Source: Eledone cirrhosa
Taxonomy: Eukaryota
DNA: 64,000 nucleotides
NCBI GenBank assembly: GCA_964016885.1
Contig: OZ024743.1
Location: forward strand, 287,246,001-287,310,000
Direction of reading: 5' to 3'
Positions 1 to 10,148 of the stretch are shown here, piece after piece; the stretch's first letter is position 1, and every line of letters starts with the position of its first letter. The notes beneath the pieces are model-generated. The model was not told the DNA's origin. It ran no database searches and saw only the letters and a program-made list of their open reading frames with translations. The position numbers and the translations under genes are program-made.

Positions 1-133
1 TTGTTATTATATCATGACTCATACACTGTTTATTTTCCTGACATTTGTACATTATTCTATGTACTATACATGCACCTTTGATGAGTTGTAGTGCACCTGA
101 GCACTGTACACAATAATTTCATTATTATTATTA
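1..133 (+). mobile_element. Probable 3' end of a non-LTR retrotransposon with (ATT)n tail
   Basis: Non-coding stretch ending ...caataatttc followed by (ATT)4; no coding support visible, so the assignment rests on the tail only. Confidence 0.3.
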
Positions 134-656
134 CTTTATTTTATCGACCTCGTAAGAATGAAAGGAAAAGCTAACCCAGAACTCAGAACTTATTATTAAT
201 AATAATAATACAAGCATAAGGAAGAATTCTTATATTTTACACCAAGCATGTATTTAAAGAGGTGTATGTATTCCATCAGAAGATCAATGAATGAGTCCGT
301 GGAGGCTAGTACAGGGAGTAGAATATGTTGTCATGTTAACGATTACATCCCTCCTGAAATTAATTAGGAGAACGCTATCCAATATTTCAAAATTCGTCAA
401 GAAGAGACAGAACAAAATCAGAAAAAATCTGAAAAAATTATACAAAGGGAAGTAACTTACATTAAAAGTTTTATATATAGACACCCATGTATATAGATAG
501 ATACATTTATATTAACAGGCATATATTAACAGGCACGTACAAAGGCATACATAATACACACACACACACATACACATAAAATAATATCAACATTATAAAG
601 ACACTGATAGATATACACCTACTGATAAGTATACATAACCATATGTTTATATAAAT

Positions 657-657
<1 letters not shown>

Positions 658-750
<93 letters not shown>
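658..750. repeat. Compound (CA)n(TA)n microsatellite
   Basis: Directly visible; source of the CVCV/YIYI pseudo-ORFs. Confidence 0.95.
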
Positions 751-753
<3 letters not shown>

Positions 754-1049
754 CAAATATATGCATAGTCATTCATAGATCTACACAGACATACACACAT
801 ATATGTAAATATATATATATATATACTGTATATATATATGTAAGTATACCCATACAAATAAATGCATATATAAACAACCTCTATAGATATATTTACATGT
901 ACATAGATACATACACATACATATACAGGTATACACATATCTACTGAAACATTGGTATAAGCTTGAAGCCATTGATGTAGTCATATACATATATGAGTAA
1001 ACATTCAATGATAGACAGAGTTATAATCGACAAATACATAAAAGTTTAA

Positions 1050-1267
1050 CCCTTTAGCATTTAAACTGACTGTATCCGGCCAGAATTTTCTCACCTCTTT
1101 CTGTTCAAACTGGCCATAACTGGCCACTCATAGTGATGTTAAGGTATTGTTCTCAAAATAAATAATATCAAAATCTCATAAAATCTCATAAAATCGATAT
1201 TATATGAGATAAAGCCTTTACCATGAAAATTCAAGGGTATATATAGAGTAATGTAAATGCTAAAGGG
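1050..1267. mobile_element. piggyBac-type MITE
   Basis: TTAA at 1046-1049 and 1268-1271; TIRs CCCTTTAGCATTTA / TAAATGCTAAAGGG; second copy at 2496-2704. Confidence 0.85.
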
Positions 1268-1489
1268 TTAAGAGATTGATTTATAAGTACTGATATAGTC
1301 TAGAAATAACAAAAGGGTGTATAAATGAATATGAAGGATAATGTAGTATTAAGAAACTACAAAGATAGCAGAGCAGCCAAAATAAATTCTTAACATAGAT
1401 GATACTAATCAAACAAACAAGTAAAACATTAAGTTAAAAGGATCAATAAAACAAAATAAATTAGATTGGGGCATATCTTCTATTTAGAA

Positions 1490-1790
1490 AAAAAGAGTAT
1501 GCTAAGCAATATGGACATGCTATTATCAGTTAAATTTTATGATTTAAGAGTTTACATAGGGATATAGTGTTCTCATAAGCTTCTGAAATACAAAGGGTAC
1601 AATACATTTCGCCTTCAACATAAGCCTTTGTGGAATCAATTATAGACCATTGTAGATAAGAGGTTTTAGATTTATTTAAAGTATATATATATCGCCGAAA
1701 AGAAGTAAGTGACATAGTCACTACTTTAAAACTGATAGCGTAAGGTCTTCAAAATGTTTTTAATTAAACATACGGTATATTGCTAAATAT
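1490..1790 (-). pseudogene. Decayed GIY-YIG endonuclease C-terminus of a Penelope-like element (Hydra-like)
   Basis: ORF 1530-1721 YIYTLN..WSII..Y..CTLCISE..LLN resembles the C-terminus of the 46901-47300 PLE (WNIV...CDLCREE...SLN). Confidence 0.55.
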
Positions 1791-1793
1791 ACT

Positions 1794-1826
<33 letters not shown>

Positions 1827-1859
1827 CATTCATTTATTATGGTTCAGTTAAGTAGTGTC

Positions 1860-1902
1860 ATTACTCTAGAGTTTCACCTACACACTCACAGGATCATCAG
1901 AT
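1860..1902 (-). ncRNA. Type I hammerhead ribozyme motif (minimal, palindromic stem III)
   Basis: Minus strand: AU-CUGAUGA-U CCUG..UAGG U-GAAA-CUCUAGAG-UA-AU; intact core, GUA cleavage triplet, palindrome ACUCUAGAGU, stem I only about 2 bp. Confidence 0.7.
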
Positions 1903-2059
1903 TGTTTTCTCTTATCTGACAACTACATCCTAAAGCAATAACTCTTTACTAGAGTGAGTTACAACGTCCAAAACATGATTAGGTTGCAAACCCATATTCT
2001 GAACAATTTCGCTGGCTGGTGTTATTAAGCTAGACATTGCCTGGGCCAACACTGGCTGG

Positions 2060-2465
2060 AAACTATCACTGTTATAGTAGGCACCTCTCAACCAAATATA
2101 CACCCCAATCCACTACCCCTACCCTATCCTCCCACTCCCACCAACACCACCCTCTCTCTGTAAAGTTGGTACCACAACATCCAGTCCAAATAAATGAGAT
2201 AATGAGATTGAGATCGTGTAAGTGTCACAACAAAAAAACACACAGTCCACGCTGTAATGTGACTGTGTAGGTAACACGGTAAAAAGTTCCACACTGTAAA
2301 TGTGGTTGGTGTTAGGAAGGGCATCCAACCATAGAAAACCTGTCAGATAGTCCTATATGAGCGAGACATGGTCACCCGACCAACCTTGCCTCAAGTGGGA
2401 CAACTCTCGTCTAACCCATGCTAGCGTGGAAGATGGACGTTAAACGATGATGATGATGATGATGA
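2060..2465 (+). mobile_element. 5'-truncated RTE-derived composite retroposon (linker + 48-bp motif copies + (GAT)n tail)
   Basis: Closely matches the reverse complement of 27074-27440; GGTGTTAGGAAGGGCATCC motif; ends CTAACCCATGCTAGCGTGGAAGATGGACGTTAAAC(GAT)n. Confidence 0.8.
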
Positions 2466-2495
2466 TATATATATATATACATATTAAAAGTTTAA

Positions 2496-2704
2496 CCCTT
2501 TAGCATTTAAACCAGCCGTATTTGACCAGAATTCGCTCACCACTTTCTGTTCAAACTGACCGTAACTGGCAGCTCATACTGTTGTTAAGGTATTGTCCTC
2601 AAATTAAATAATATCAAAATCTCATAGATTCAATATTATGGGAGATAGTTATGTGAGGTAAAGTGTTTACTGTGAAAATACAATATTGTGTATAGATTAA
2701 AGGG
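2496..2704. mobile_element. piggyBac-type MITE (second copy, right TIR eroded)
   Basis: TTAA at 2492-2495 and 2705-2708; homologous to 1050-1267; interrupts one arm of an older inverted repeat. Confidence 0.8.
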
Positions 2705-2735
2705 TTAAATAACACCAAAGATTAAAAGCATTTTT

Positions 2736-2786
2736 AAACTGACAGCTGTTCCTACCTGTACAGAGCCACAGGATTCATTGGAGTTT
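2736..2786 (-). ncRNA. Degenerate type I hammerhead motif
   Basis: AAACU-CCAAUGA-..CCUGU/ACAGG..-GGAA-CAGCUG-UC-AGUUU: 5-bp stem I, palindromic stem III, GUC triplet; core mutated. Confidence 0.6.
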
Positions 2787-3568
2787 ATTAAAATGCTTAA
2801 TAGTAATTCACACAGAATTAGGAACATCTAATACATAAAATCACTTTACAAATGTTTCAAAAAACAGTTTTAAAAATGTGTTAATCTTTGGTGTTATTTA
2901 AACTTTTAATGTATAACAGCTCCACGTGACCCCTCTGCATCGAGCTATAGATCAACCTGTAAATAAGTATAACTACTACCATTAATATTATAACTATAAT
3001 ATTACTATTATATATATATATCGACAGTTGATTGACTTTCGTCAAATCAGAAACAATGTTTCCATTGGTCTTTCCAATTCCTAATACTATCTATCTGTTG
3101 CAAATCCAGGTAGAAGGAGCAATGTGAAATGAAGTGTCTTACTCAAGGACATAAATATATATATATATAATAGAAAGGACGATTTGTTATGTCTACAGTA
3201 ACTGGACGTTACATTCCCTATATATATATATGTGTGTGTGTGATAAATGTGTGTGTGTATATATATATATGATATATATCATCATCATCATCATCGTTTA
3301 ACGTCCGTGTTTCACGCTTGCATGGGTTTGGACGGGGGTTTTCCCACTTGAGGCAAGAGTGATTGTCTTGCTCGCATAGGACTGTATATATATATATATA
3401 TCATTATCATGATATATATATATGTATATATAATAATAATAATTATAATAATGATAATTACATTTATATATAAGAATATATATAAGATAAGGGTAATATT
3501 ATATGTTACCCGATTACCAGTAAGAAAGTAGCCCAATGTAAAATATCAAGTATAATAGAGAGCAGAAT

Positions 3569-3939
3569 AACATAAATAACAATCAAATTGTGTTTAAAAC
3601 ATTTAATAGCTTACAATAATTTCATCCAGATATAAGTCTGGATTCATTGGAGCATATAAAAGTTAAAACAAATATATTCCTATTCACTTGAACATTTAGC
3701 AGGATACATTATCGGTGAGAAGACTAAGTATAATATATATAAGTATAATATATATAATATATTGGTGTTAACACTTATACTTAGTCTTCTCACGTATAAT
3801 GTATCCTGCTAAATGTTCAAGTGAATAGGAATATATTTGTTTTAACCTTTATATGCTCCAATGAATCCAGACTTATATCTGGATGAAACAATCGTAAGCT
3901 ATTAAATGTTTTAAACACAATTTGATTGTTATTTATGTT
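3569..3939. repeat. Inverted repeat (~165-bp arms), each arm with a hammerhead-like motif; PLE pLTR-like remnant
   Basis: Arms 3569-3733 and 3775-3939; motifs at 3609-3653 (-) and 3855-3899 (+): GCU-CCAAUGA-AUCCAGA/UCUGGAU-GAAA-CAAUCG-UA-AGC. Confidence 0.85.
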
Positions 3940-3959
3940 GTATATATATATATATAATC

Positions 3960-4530
3960 TTGGTACCACAAAACATCCAGCCCACACTGTAAAGTGGTCA
4001 TGTAGGTGTCACAACAAAAAGCACCCAGCCTACACTGTAAAGTGGTCGTGTAGGTGTCACGACAAAAAGCACCCAGCACACACTGTAAAGTGGTTGTGTA
4101 GGTGTCACGACAAAAAGCACCCAGCCCACACTGTAAAGTGGTCGTGTAGGTGTCACAACAAAAGGCACCCAGCCTACACTGTAAAGTGGTTGTGTAGGTG
4201 TCACAACAAAAAGCACCCAGCCTACACTGTAAAGTGGTCGTGTAGGTGTCACAACAAAAAGCACCCAGCCTACACTGTAAAGTGGTCGTGTAGGTGTCAC
4301 AACAAAAAGCACCCAGCCTCCACTGTAAAGTGGTCATGTAGGTGTCACGACAAAAAGCACCCAGTACACACTGTAAATGTGGTTGGTGTTAGTAAGGGCA
4401 TAGAAACAGGCTGTAGAAACAGTCCTATATGAGTGGGACATGGTCACCCTACCCAACTTGTCTCTAAATGGGATAAACCTTTCTAACCCATGCTAGTGTG
4501 GAAGATAGACATTAAACAATGATGATGATG
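3960..4530 (+). mobile_element. RTE-tailed retroposon containing a 48-bp VNTR (about 8.5 units)
   Basis: Unit AAAAAGCACCCAGCCTACACTGTAAAGTGGTCGTGTAGGTGTCACAAC (16-aa period in ORF track) over ~3969-4375, then GGTTGGTGTTAG..GGGCAT motif and (GAT)n tail. Confidence 0.9.
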
Positions 4531-4844
4531 ATATATACGTACAAACATACATACATACATATATATATGCTCTCTGATTTCAAATCTCACCAAAGTTAAT
4601 TTTCCTTTTGATCCTTTCGAAGCCAATAAAAAAGTACCAGTCTAGTTCAATGGTCGATTCTTCCTTTATATCTCTTTCTAAATTTCCTTCTCTATCTCAC
4701 CATCTATCTCTGGAAAAATCTACTGTGTTCAGTCTTCAAGAAGAGATGAGGTCCACCAGGTTTTAAAATGCCTAAGAAATGACATATGTCAATATGCCTT
4801 CCATATGACCCCACCAGGAGTTACAGGTCCATATGTACACATAC

Positions 4845-5420
4845 ACGTTACAGTGTGTGCTGGGTGCTTTTTTACGTATCGCCTACACAACCACTTTATA
4901 GTGTGGACTGGGTGCTTTTTGTCATGACACTTACATGACCACTATAGTGGGTTGGGCTTTTTGTCGTGGCTCCAGGGGGGATCACTTTATAGAGGAGGTT
5001 GGGAACTTGGGAGGGGTGGGGAAGATGCTTTGGGAAAATTGGTGACGTAGGTATAAGGGAGGTTTATAGGAGGGGAGATGGTAGGGAATGGTGTTGCCTA
5101 CTAGGTATATGCCTCAGCCCAAGAATAATACTAGGCAGGTCTTCTGTAATACTTCATAGCGCCAGAGGTCATGGTCCTGTGTCATCGCCTTAGTGAGGTG
5201 TAATTGAGCAAAGTCAGCTCTTATTACCTCCTCCCAAGTCTTCCTAGGCCTGCCTACTCCATGGCTACCATCAACTTTGAGCGCTCTGCAATTTTTATAC
5301 AGCTGTCATCCTTCATATGCATCACGTGTTCGTAGCAACGCAGTCTCCTCTCCTGCACACATCTGATGCCTCTTATGCCTAATTTCTCGTACATTTCATT
5401 TATGCTTTGCAGTTCGCATA
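4845..5420 (-). mobile_element. RTE 3' fragment fused to linker and 48-bp motif copies
   Basis: Homologous to 33100-33600 and 25970-26570 (RTE C-terminus ERRLR..GRPRKTW followed by AAAAGCACCCAG repeats). Confidence 0.75.
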
Positions 5421-5914
5421 CTCACACACACACTCATATATATGTATGTGTGTGTGTGTATGAGTCGCAGGTTCAATCAGGGGTAACCACAGTTAGTAAG
5501 GTACTCAATACATTAGTAGAGTGTCTAGTCCTGTAGAAGTCATTTCTATATTAAACTTGATATATAGGTCTATCGAAAAAGTATATATGTATATGGACAA
5601 ACAACAACAATCAAGTACTATGGTTGATTTAATCTAGGGTTTTCTTGCCTAAAATTTGTAGCTTTGTGCCCAGGACCCTTAAAATGAAGTTGTGATGCAT
5701 AGCCTGTGAATTTCCTTTGATTTCAGAAAAAGGCTTGCGTATAATGAAGACTAACATTCATATTTTGATAAGAAGCATTGTGCCTCCTGAGAAAATTTCC
5801 TGCTTAGGTCTATGTTTGAAATTATTATTAGAACACAGAATTGGTAGTGATGCCCTATATGACATGCAGTATTATGTTAGATGTTTTAAAATTTAAATTT
5901 AAAAATTTTGCAAA

Positions 5915-6500
5915 AATCAACTTTGTCTTTCATCCTTCCTAGGTCGATAAAATAAGTACCAATTATGGATCTAATGGACTATATTCAACTACCAGATAAT
6001 TTCTTACTTTTGTGCCTATATCATAAATCATAATAATTATTATTGATTTAAGAGCAGTGGATTGGCAGTATTGGTAGAGAGACAGACAACATGCTTTATG
6101 GCATAAAGTTACAGCGCTTTACATTCTGAGTTGAAATCTTGCTGAGGTTAACTTTGCCTTTCATCCTTACGGAGGTCAATAAAATAAAGTACCAGCAACA
6201 CACTGGGATAGATTTAATTGACATTCCACACCCCCAAAATTGTTGGCCTTGTGTCTAAATCAGAAACCATTATTATTGATTTAAGGGCAGTGAATTGGCA
6301 GTATCAGTAGAATGTTGGACATGCTTTGGAGCATATAGTTAAAGCCTTTACATTCTTAGTTCAAATCCTGCCAAGGTTATCTTTGCCTTTCATCCTTACA
6401 GGGTCGATAACATAAGATACCAGTAATGCAATGGGGTTGATGTAATCGACCCCCCCCCCCCCCTCCAATTGTTGGCCTTGTGCCTAAATCAGAAACCATT
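5915..6500 (+). mobile_element. Tandem tRNA-derived SINE copies (one partial, two near full)
   Basis: A-box-like TGGCAGTATCAGTAG and B-box-like GTTCAAATCC; shared body AACTTTGCCTTTCATCCTTAC.GGGTCGATAAAATAAGTACCAG; same family at ~134-190(-), 8290-8370(-), 38990-39170(-), 39725-39910(+), 41685-41870(+). Confidence 0.8.
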
Positions 6501-6737
6501 TTTGATATACATTATAGATTAAACACTAGAAGATTAATTACTACATGGTTCATTAAATTTCAACAACCACACCTTACTCACGTTTCATGTGTTCTTTTCT
6601 TTCTCTTTAGGTTGTTAATTGAAAGAGAAAAAAACCCACTCCCACCACCATGATTTTACAGCAGTCAGATTCCCATGTGATGTGTGTATGCATATATTTT
6701 TGTGTGCTTTTGTGTTTGCGCTAAGGTTGCCATCTTT

Positions 6738-6798
6738 TCTTCTTCTTCTTCTTCTTCTTCTTCTTCTTCTTCTTCTTCTTCTTCTTCTTCTTCTTCTT
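6738..6798. repeat. (CTT)n microsatellite
   Basis: About 20 perfect units. Confidence 0.95.
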
Positions 6799-6984
6799 CG
6801 TCATCACCATCGTATCCCCATTTCTTCTTCCCTCTGCCAAAGAGGACAGGAGGGTGATACTATCAGGGAAGTGGTTTTGTTTGATATTTCAGAAAGGGGT
6901 GGGTAGAAATCGCATAATATGCATACAGTGTAATTTATGGCTAACAGTGCCCTAGTTCACCATATAAGGTGCTGATGCTGATAA

Positions 6985-7660
6985 CATGACTAAAGAGCAC
7001 CCTGTTCACCCTTTCTTTTAAGCTGGGTGTGGTGGTAACACGAAAAATAAGCACCCAGTCCATTCTGTACACTGATCATGTTGGTGATACTACAAAAAGC
7101 ACCCAGTCCACACTATAAAGTGGGCAAATTGGTGACATAATAAATAAGCACCCAGTCAACCCTGTAAAAGGGTCATGTTGGTGACACGATGAAAAAGTAC
7201 TCAGTCCAACATGTTAGTTGGTTGTTTTGGTGTCATGATAAAAGGCACCCAGTCCACTTGTAAAAGTGGTTGGCATTAATAAGGGCATACAGCCAAGGGC
7301 CTTGTTTCAGGGGGGTACCAGGTGACAGGTCCCCCCCACTTTTTCAAACGTCTATCTTTTATTTTTTTATTTATTTGATATAATAAATTCTTTTTAAGCT
7401 TATTCTTTTATATCTGAACTTCATTTGAATATATAAAATTTAATTAGTGTAAATTTTACTTATGTGATAGGGTCCGGGAAAGGCTCCATAAGCAATTTAT
7501 GCTTCTTTAAGAATCAACAAATGTTGGTTTGTCCTCCTCGCATTTTTAAGGAAAACGAGGCCCCTGCATACAGCTTTAGAAACCAAGCTGGAAACAGTTC
7601 TGTATGAACAAGACACAATCACCTGATCTGACTTGTTTAACCTATGTTAACATGGAAAAA
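6985..7660 (+). mobile_element. Older diverged VNTR-bearing RTE-tailed retroposon interrupted by a hAT MITE
   Basis: About 5 diverged AAGCACCCAGTC..TGTAAAG units at 7045-7270, GGGCATACAGC motif, tail remnant near 7640-7670. Confidence 0.7.
7294..7566. mobile_element. hAT-type MITE
   Basis: Perfect 8-bp TSD CATACAGC (7286-7293, 7567-7574); imperfect TIRs CAAGGGCCTTGTTTC / GAAAACGAGGCCCCTG. Confidence 0.85.
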
Positions 7661-8570
7661 GGGATGTTAAATGGCTGGCTGAGGAGAAAGGACTGTCCAT
7701 TTTCCTGTTGTTTTTCTGTTTTTCTTTGTCCTATGCCCCCCCCCCCTGTTTTGGATTTATATTTGAAAGTCTTAGCTATGTATGTTTTTTTTAACCTATA
7801 TTTAAATATATATATATATATTATAAAGTGACAGGAATATATATTATAAAATGAGAGGAGGCCAAATATATTTGACTCCATTCTCGCACCACCAACATGA
7901 TTCAACATCAAAGATGGATGAGTTGCATAATGTTGAGTGTTTTTCTCATATTACGTTTGGTTAACATTGCAGAATAACCACCAAATTTAAATGTATATAT
8001 ATATATATAATATAAACCACCAAATTTAAATGTATATATATATATGTGTATGAATGTGTGCATGTTTGTGTGTGTATGTGTATGTTTGTGTGTGTTTGGT
8101 TGAATTCATAACTCATGCTGGAGTCATAAAGGTACTGTAGTGTCATATACCGTTTCTTGGGTATTTTAAAAACCTAATGGAGCCCATCGCCTACCCTGGT
8201 CAGAATACAGTCTATTTCTTCCAGAGAATGAGAGGGAGCGATAGAGAGAAGTGGAAAATAGATATAGAGGAGGAAATGATTCTCATATTGGACTGGAACT
8301 TGAAAGGATGAAAGGCAAAGTTGTCCTCAGTGGGATTTGAACTCAGAGTGCATAGGGCCAGGACAAATACCGTAGCCAGAGTGAGTACTGGTTGGAAAAG
8401 TTCAGGGAACTGCTACTACTACTGTTGGCTGCAAAGGATTTCTCCTTCAAAATAAAAGGCTGATTGTATGAATGTGTGTGTATGTGTGTATGTGTGTATG
8501 TGTGTGCATGTGCATGTGTGTGTGTATGTGCATGTTTGTGTGTGTGTGCATGTGTGTGAGAGAGAGAAAG

Positions 8571-8607
<37 letters not shown>

Positions 8608-8984
8608 AGAATTACTTTTATGGAAATGATTGTTTATTTGCAAATTATAAATCAGTAAAATAGTTTATTTTGATAGGTTCAGTCATTTGTTAAATTTATT
8701 CTATTTATTTTGTTGTATTACATATATGTAATGAAGTACTACATATATTATTTGTGTGTATATATTTATATAACTGTAAATGTGGTTGGTGTTAGGAAGG
8801 GCATCCAGCTGTAGAAACCAAGCCAAAATCAGCTCTAGGTGAGCAAAACACAGTCCTCTGACCTGATTCTCTTCCAAAGGGTCAACTCGTTCTACCCATG
8901 CTAGCATGGAAAATGGATGTTAAATGATGATGATGATGATAACTTATAAATAAAACTTTTAAAATGTCATATTGATCTTTAATA

Positions 8985-9310
8985 CCTGCTGGTTGTTTCT
9001 CTTGGCACTTTTTCAGCTGGACTGTGAGATAGGTGGCTGAAAACAATGCTTGCTTTCTATAGAGTGGTAGTGGTAGGTACATGTGATGATGGTCTGGAAG
9101 TAACTCAAGATGTCAATGAGAACAGTCTGAGCAGACTCTTCTGGAGAACTTTCAGTTCGTGGATTATAGTCAATTTCTCTAAATCCTTGGCACTACCAGT
9201 TCGAGATAAGCTATACAGGCATGAGAACAGCTTGACCTGTTTGAGATGCACACTGGTTGATGAAACCGTCCTGCATACTATCACCAGTGTCTGTACATTG
9301 TTTTCAAAGA
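8985..9310 (+). pseudogene. Decayed 3' ORF2 fragment of the Tx1-type LINE family
   Basis: ORF 9046-9321 (LPVRDKLYRH..CLRC..DETVLH) aligns by eye with 14870-15739 (LPVWDKLYRH..CPRC..DETVLH). Confidence 0.8.
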
Positions 9311-9522
9311 AAACTATTTAATGGTATAAATTATGATAATGATAATTAATGGTATAATAATTCAACTGATACAACAATGAAATAAATGCCAGAGTAATTA
9401 CTGTGTCTTAGCTTCCAACAACCATGGCATTTTTATGGGGTTAGCTATTTGTTACCACCACCACCACCAGCACCAGCACCACCACCACTACCACCACCAC
9501 TACTACCACTACTACTACTACA

Positions 9523-9905
9523 ACTATTATTATTATTATTATTATTATTATTGTTCTTTGAGTCTCAGTCATTGATATTAGTTAACTGGAAAGTTTGTTG
9601 AAATGAATATCAAGCCACTACCTGCAGCCTCAGACATTCAGGACGTATCAGAGGGTTCTTGCTGTTCCCAGCAAGCATGCCTTTTGAAGTGTTCCAAAAA
9701 GCAGGGCGGGACCAATTTTCTTTAACCATCCTTGGAAACTCTTTGAGATAGTACCTAGTGCGCCTATGACAATCGGGACCACTTTGACTTCATGGCAGTT
9801 CCAAATCCTTTTTACCTCCCACTTTAAGTCCTGGTATTGGTTAATTTTCTCCCTCTCCTTCTCTTGCACTCTCGTGTCGAATGGGAAGGCTACATCCACA
9901 ATCAG
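9523..9905 (-). mobile_element. 5'-truncated RLE-type non-LTR retrotransposon (R4/Dong-like) with (AAT)n tail
   Basis: ORF 9648-9899 DVAFPFD..EKEREKINQYQDL..VVPIVIGALG is a restriction-like endonuclease C-terminus; AAT repeats on both sides. Confidence 0.8.
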
Positions 9906-10148
9906 TATTATTATTATTATTATTATTATTATTGAATGCCATGGTTGACGGAGGCTCGGCTCTGTAAGGTATAGTAATTTTTAACCGCTATAACAATTGT
10001 AAATTGTTTAAAACTTGAACCAAATTGTAGATAAAAACACCCTCCTCCTCGTGAGAGGGGTCTTTCTGTCAGTTGTTTGGCCCTTCGGGGTTAAATAACC
10101 GCTTATTGGGGTTTTGTGCCCAATATTCATTTTAAACCCAAAATAAAC

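Noticed and set aside
225-285. Possible hammerhead on the minus strand (CUGAUGG..UACACC/GGUGUA..AAAU)
   Set aside because: Both core boxes are damaged; too degenerate to support.
507-1008. ORFs rich in YI, CV, HT or ER dipeptides here and at 22171-23980, 26828-27126, 54208-54447, 56374-57646
   Set aside because: Translations of (TA)n, (CA)n and (GA)n microsatellites.
3969-4375. CRISPR-like array or Cys/His-rich repeat protein (KKHPAYTVKWSCRCH)
   Set aside because: Units are head-to-tail with no unique spacers, there are no cas genes and the context is eukaryotic; the open frames follow from a 48-bp stop-poor unit inside a retroposon.
6290-6375. tRNA genes (also 21310-21385, 41690-41775)
   Set aside because: A/B-box-like heads of SINEs; no complete cloverleaf, and they are followed by SINE bodies.
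6585-6906. Plus-strand splice acceptor (tttctctttag at 6610) and ORF 6619-6906
   Set aside because: No convincing donor or homology; the poly-Leu comes from (CTT)n.
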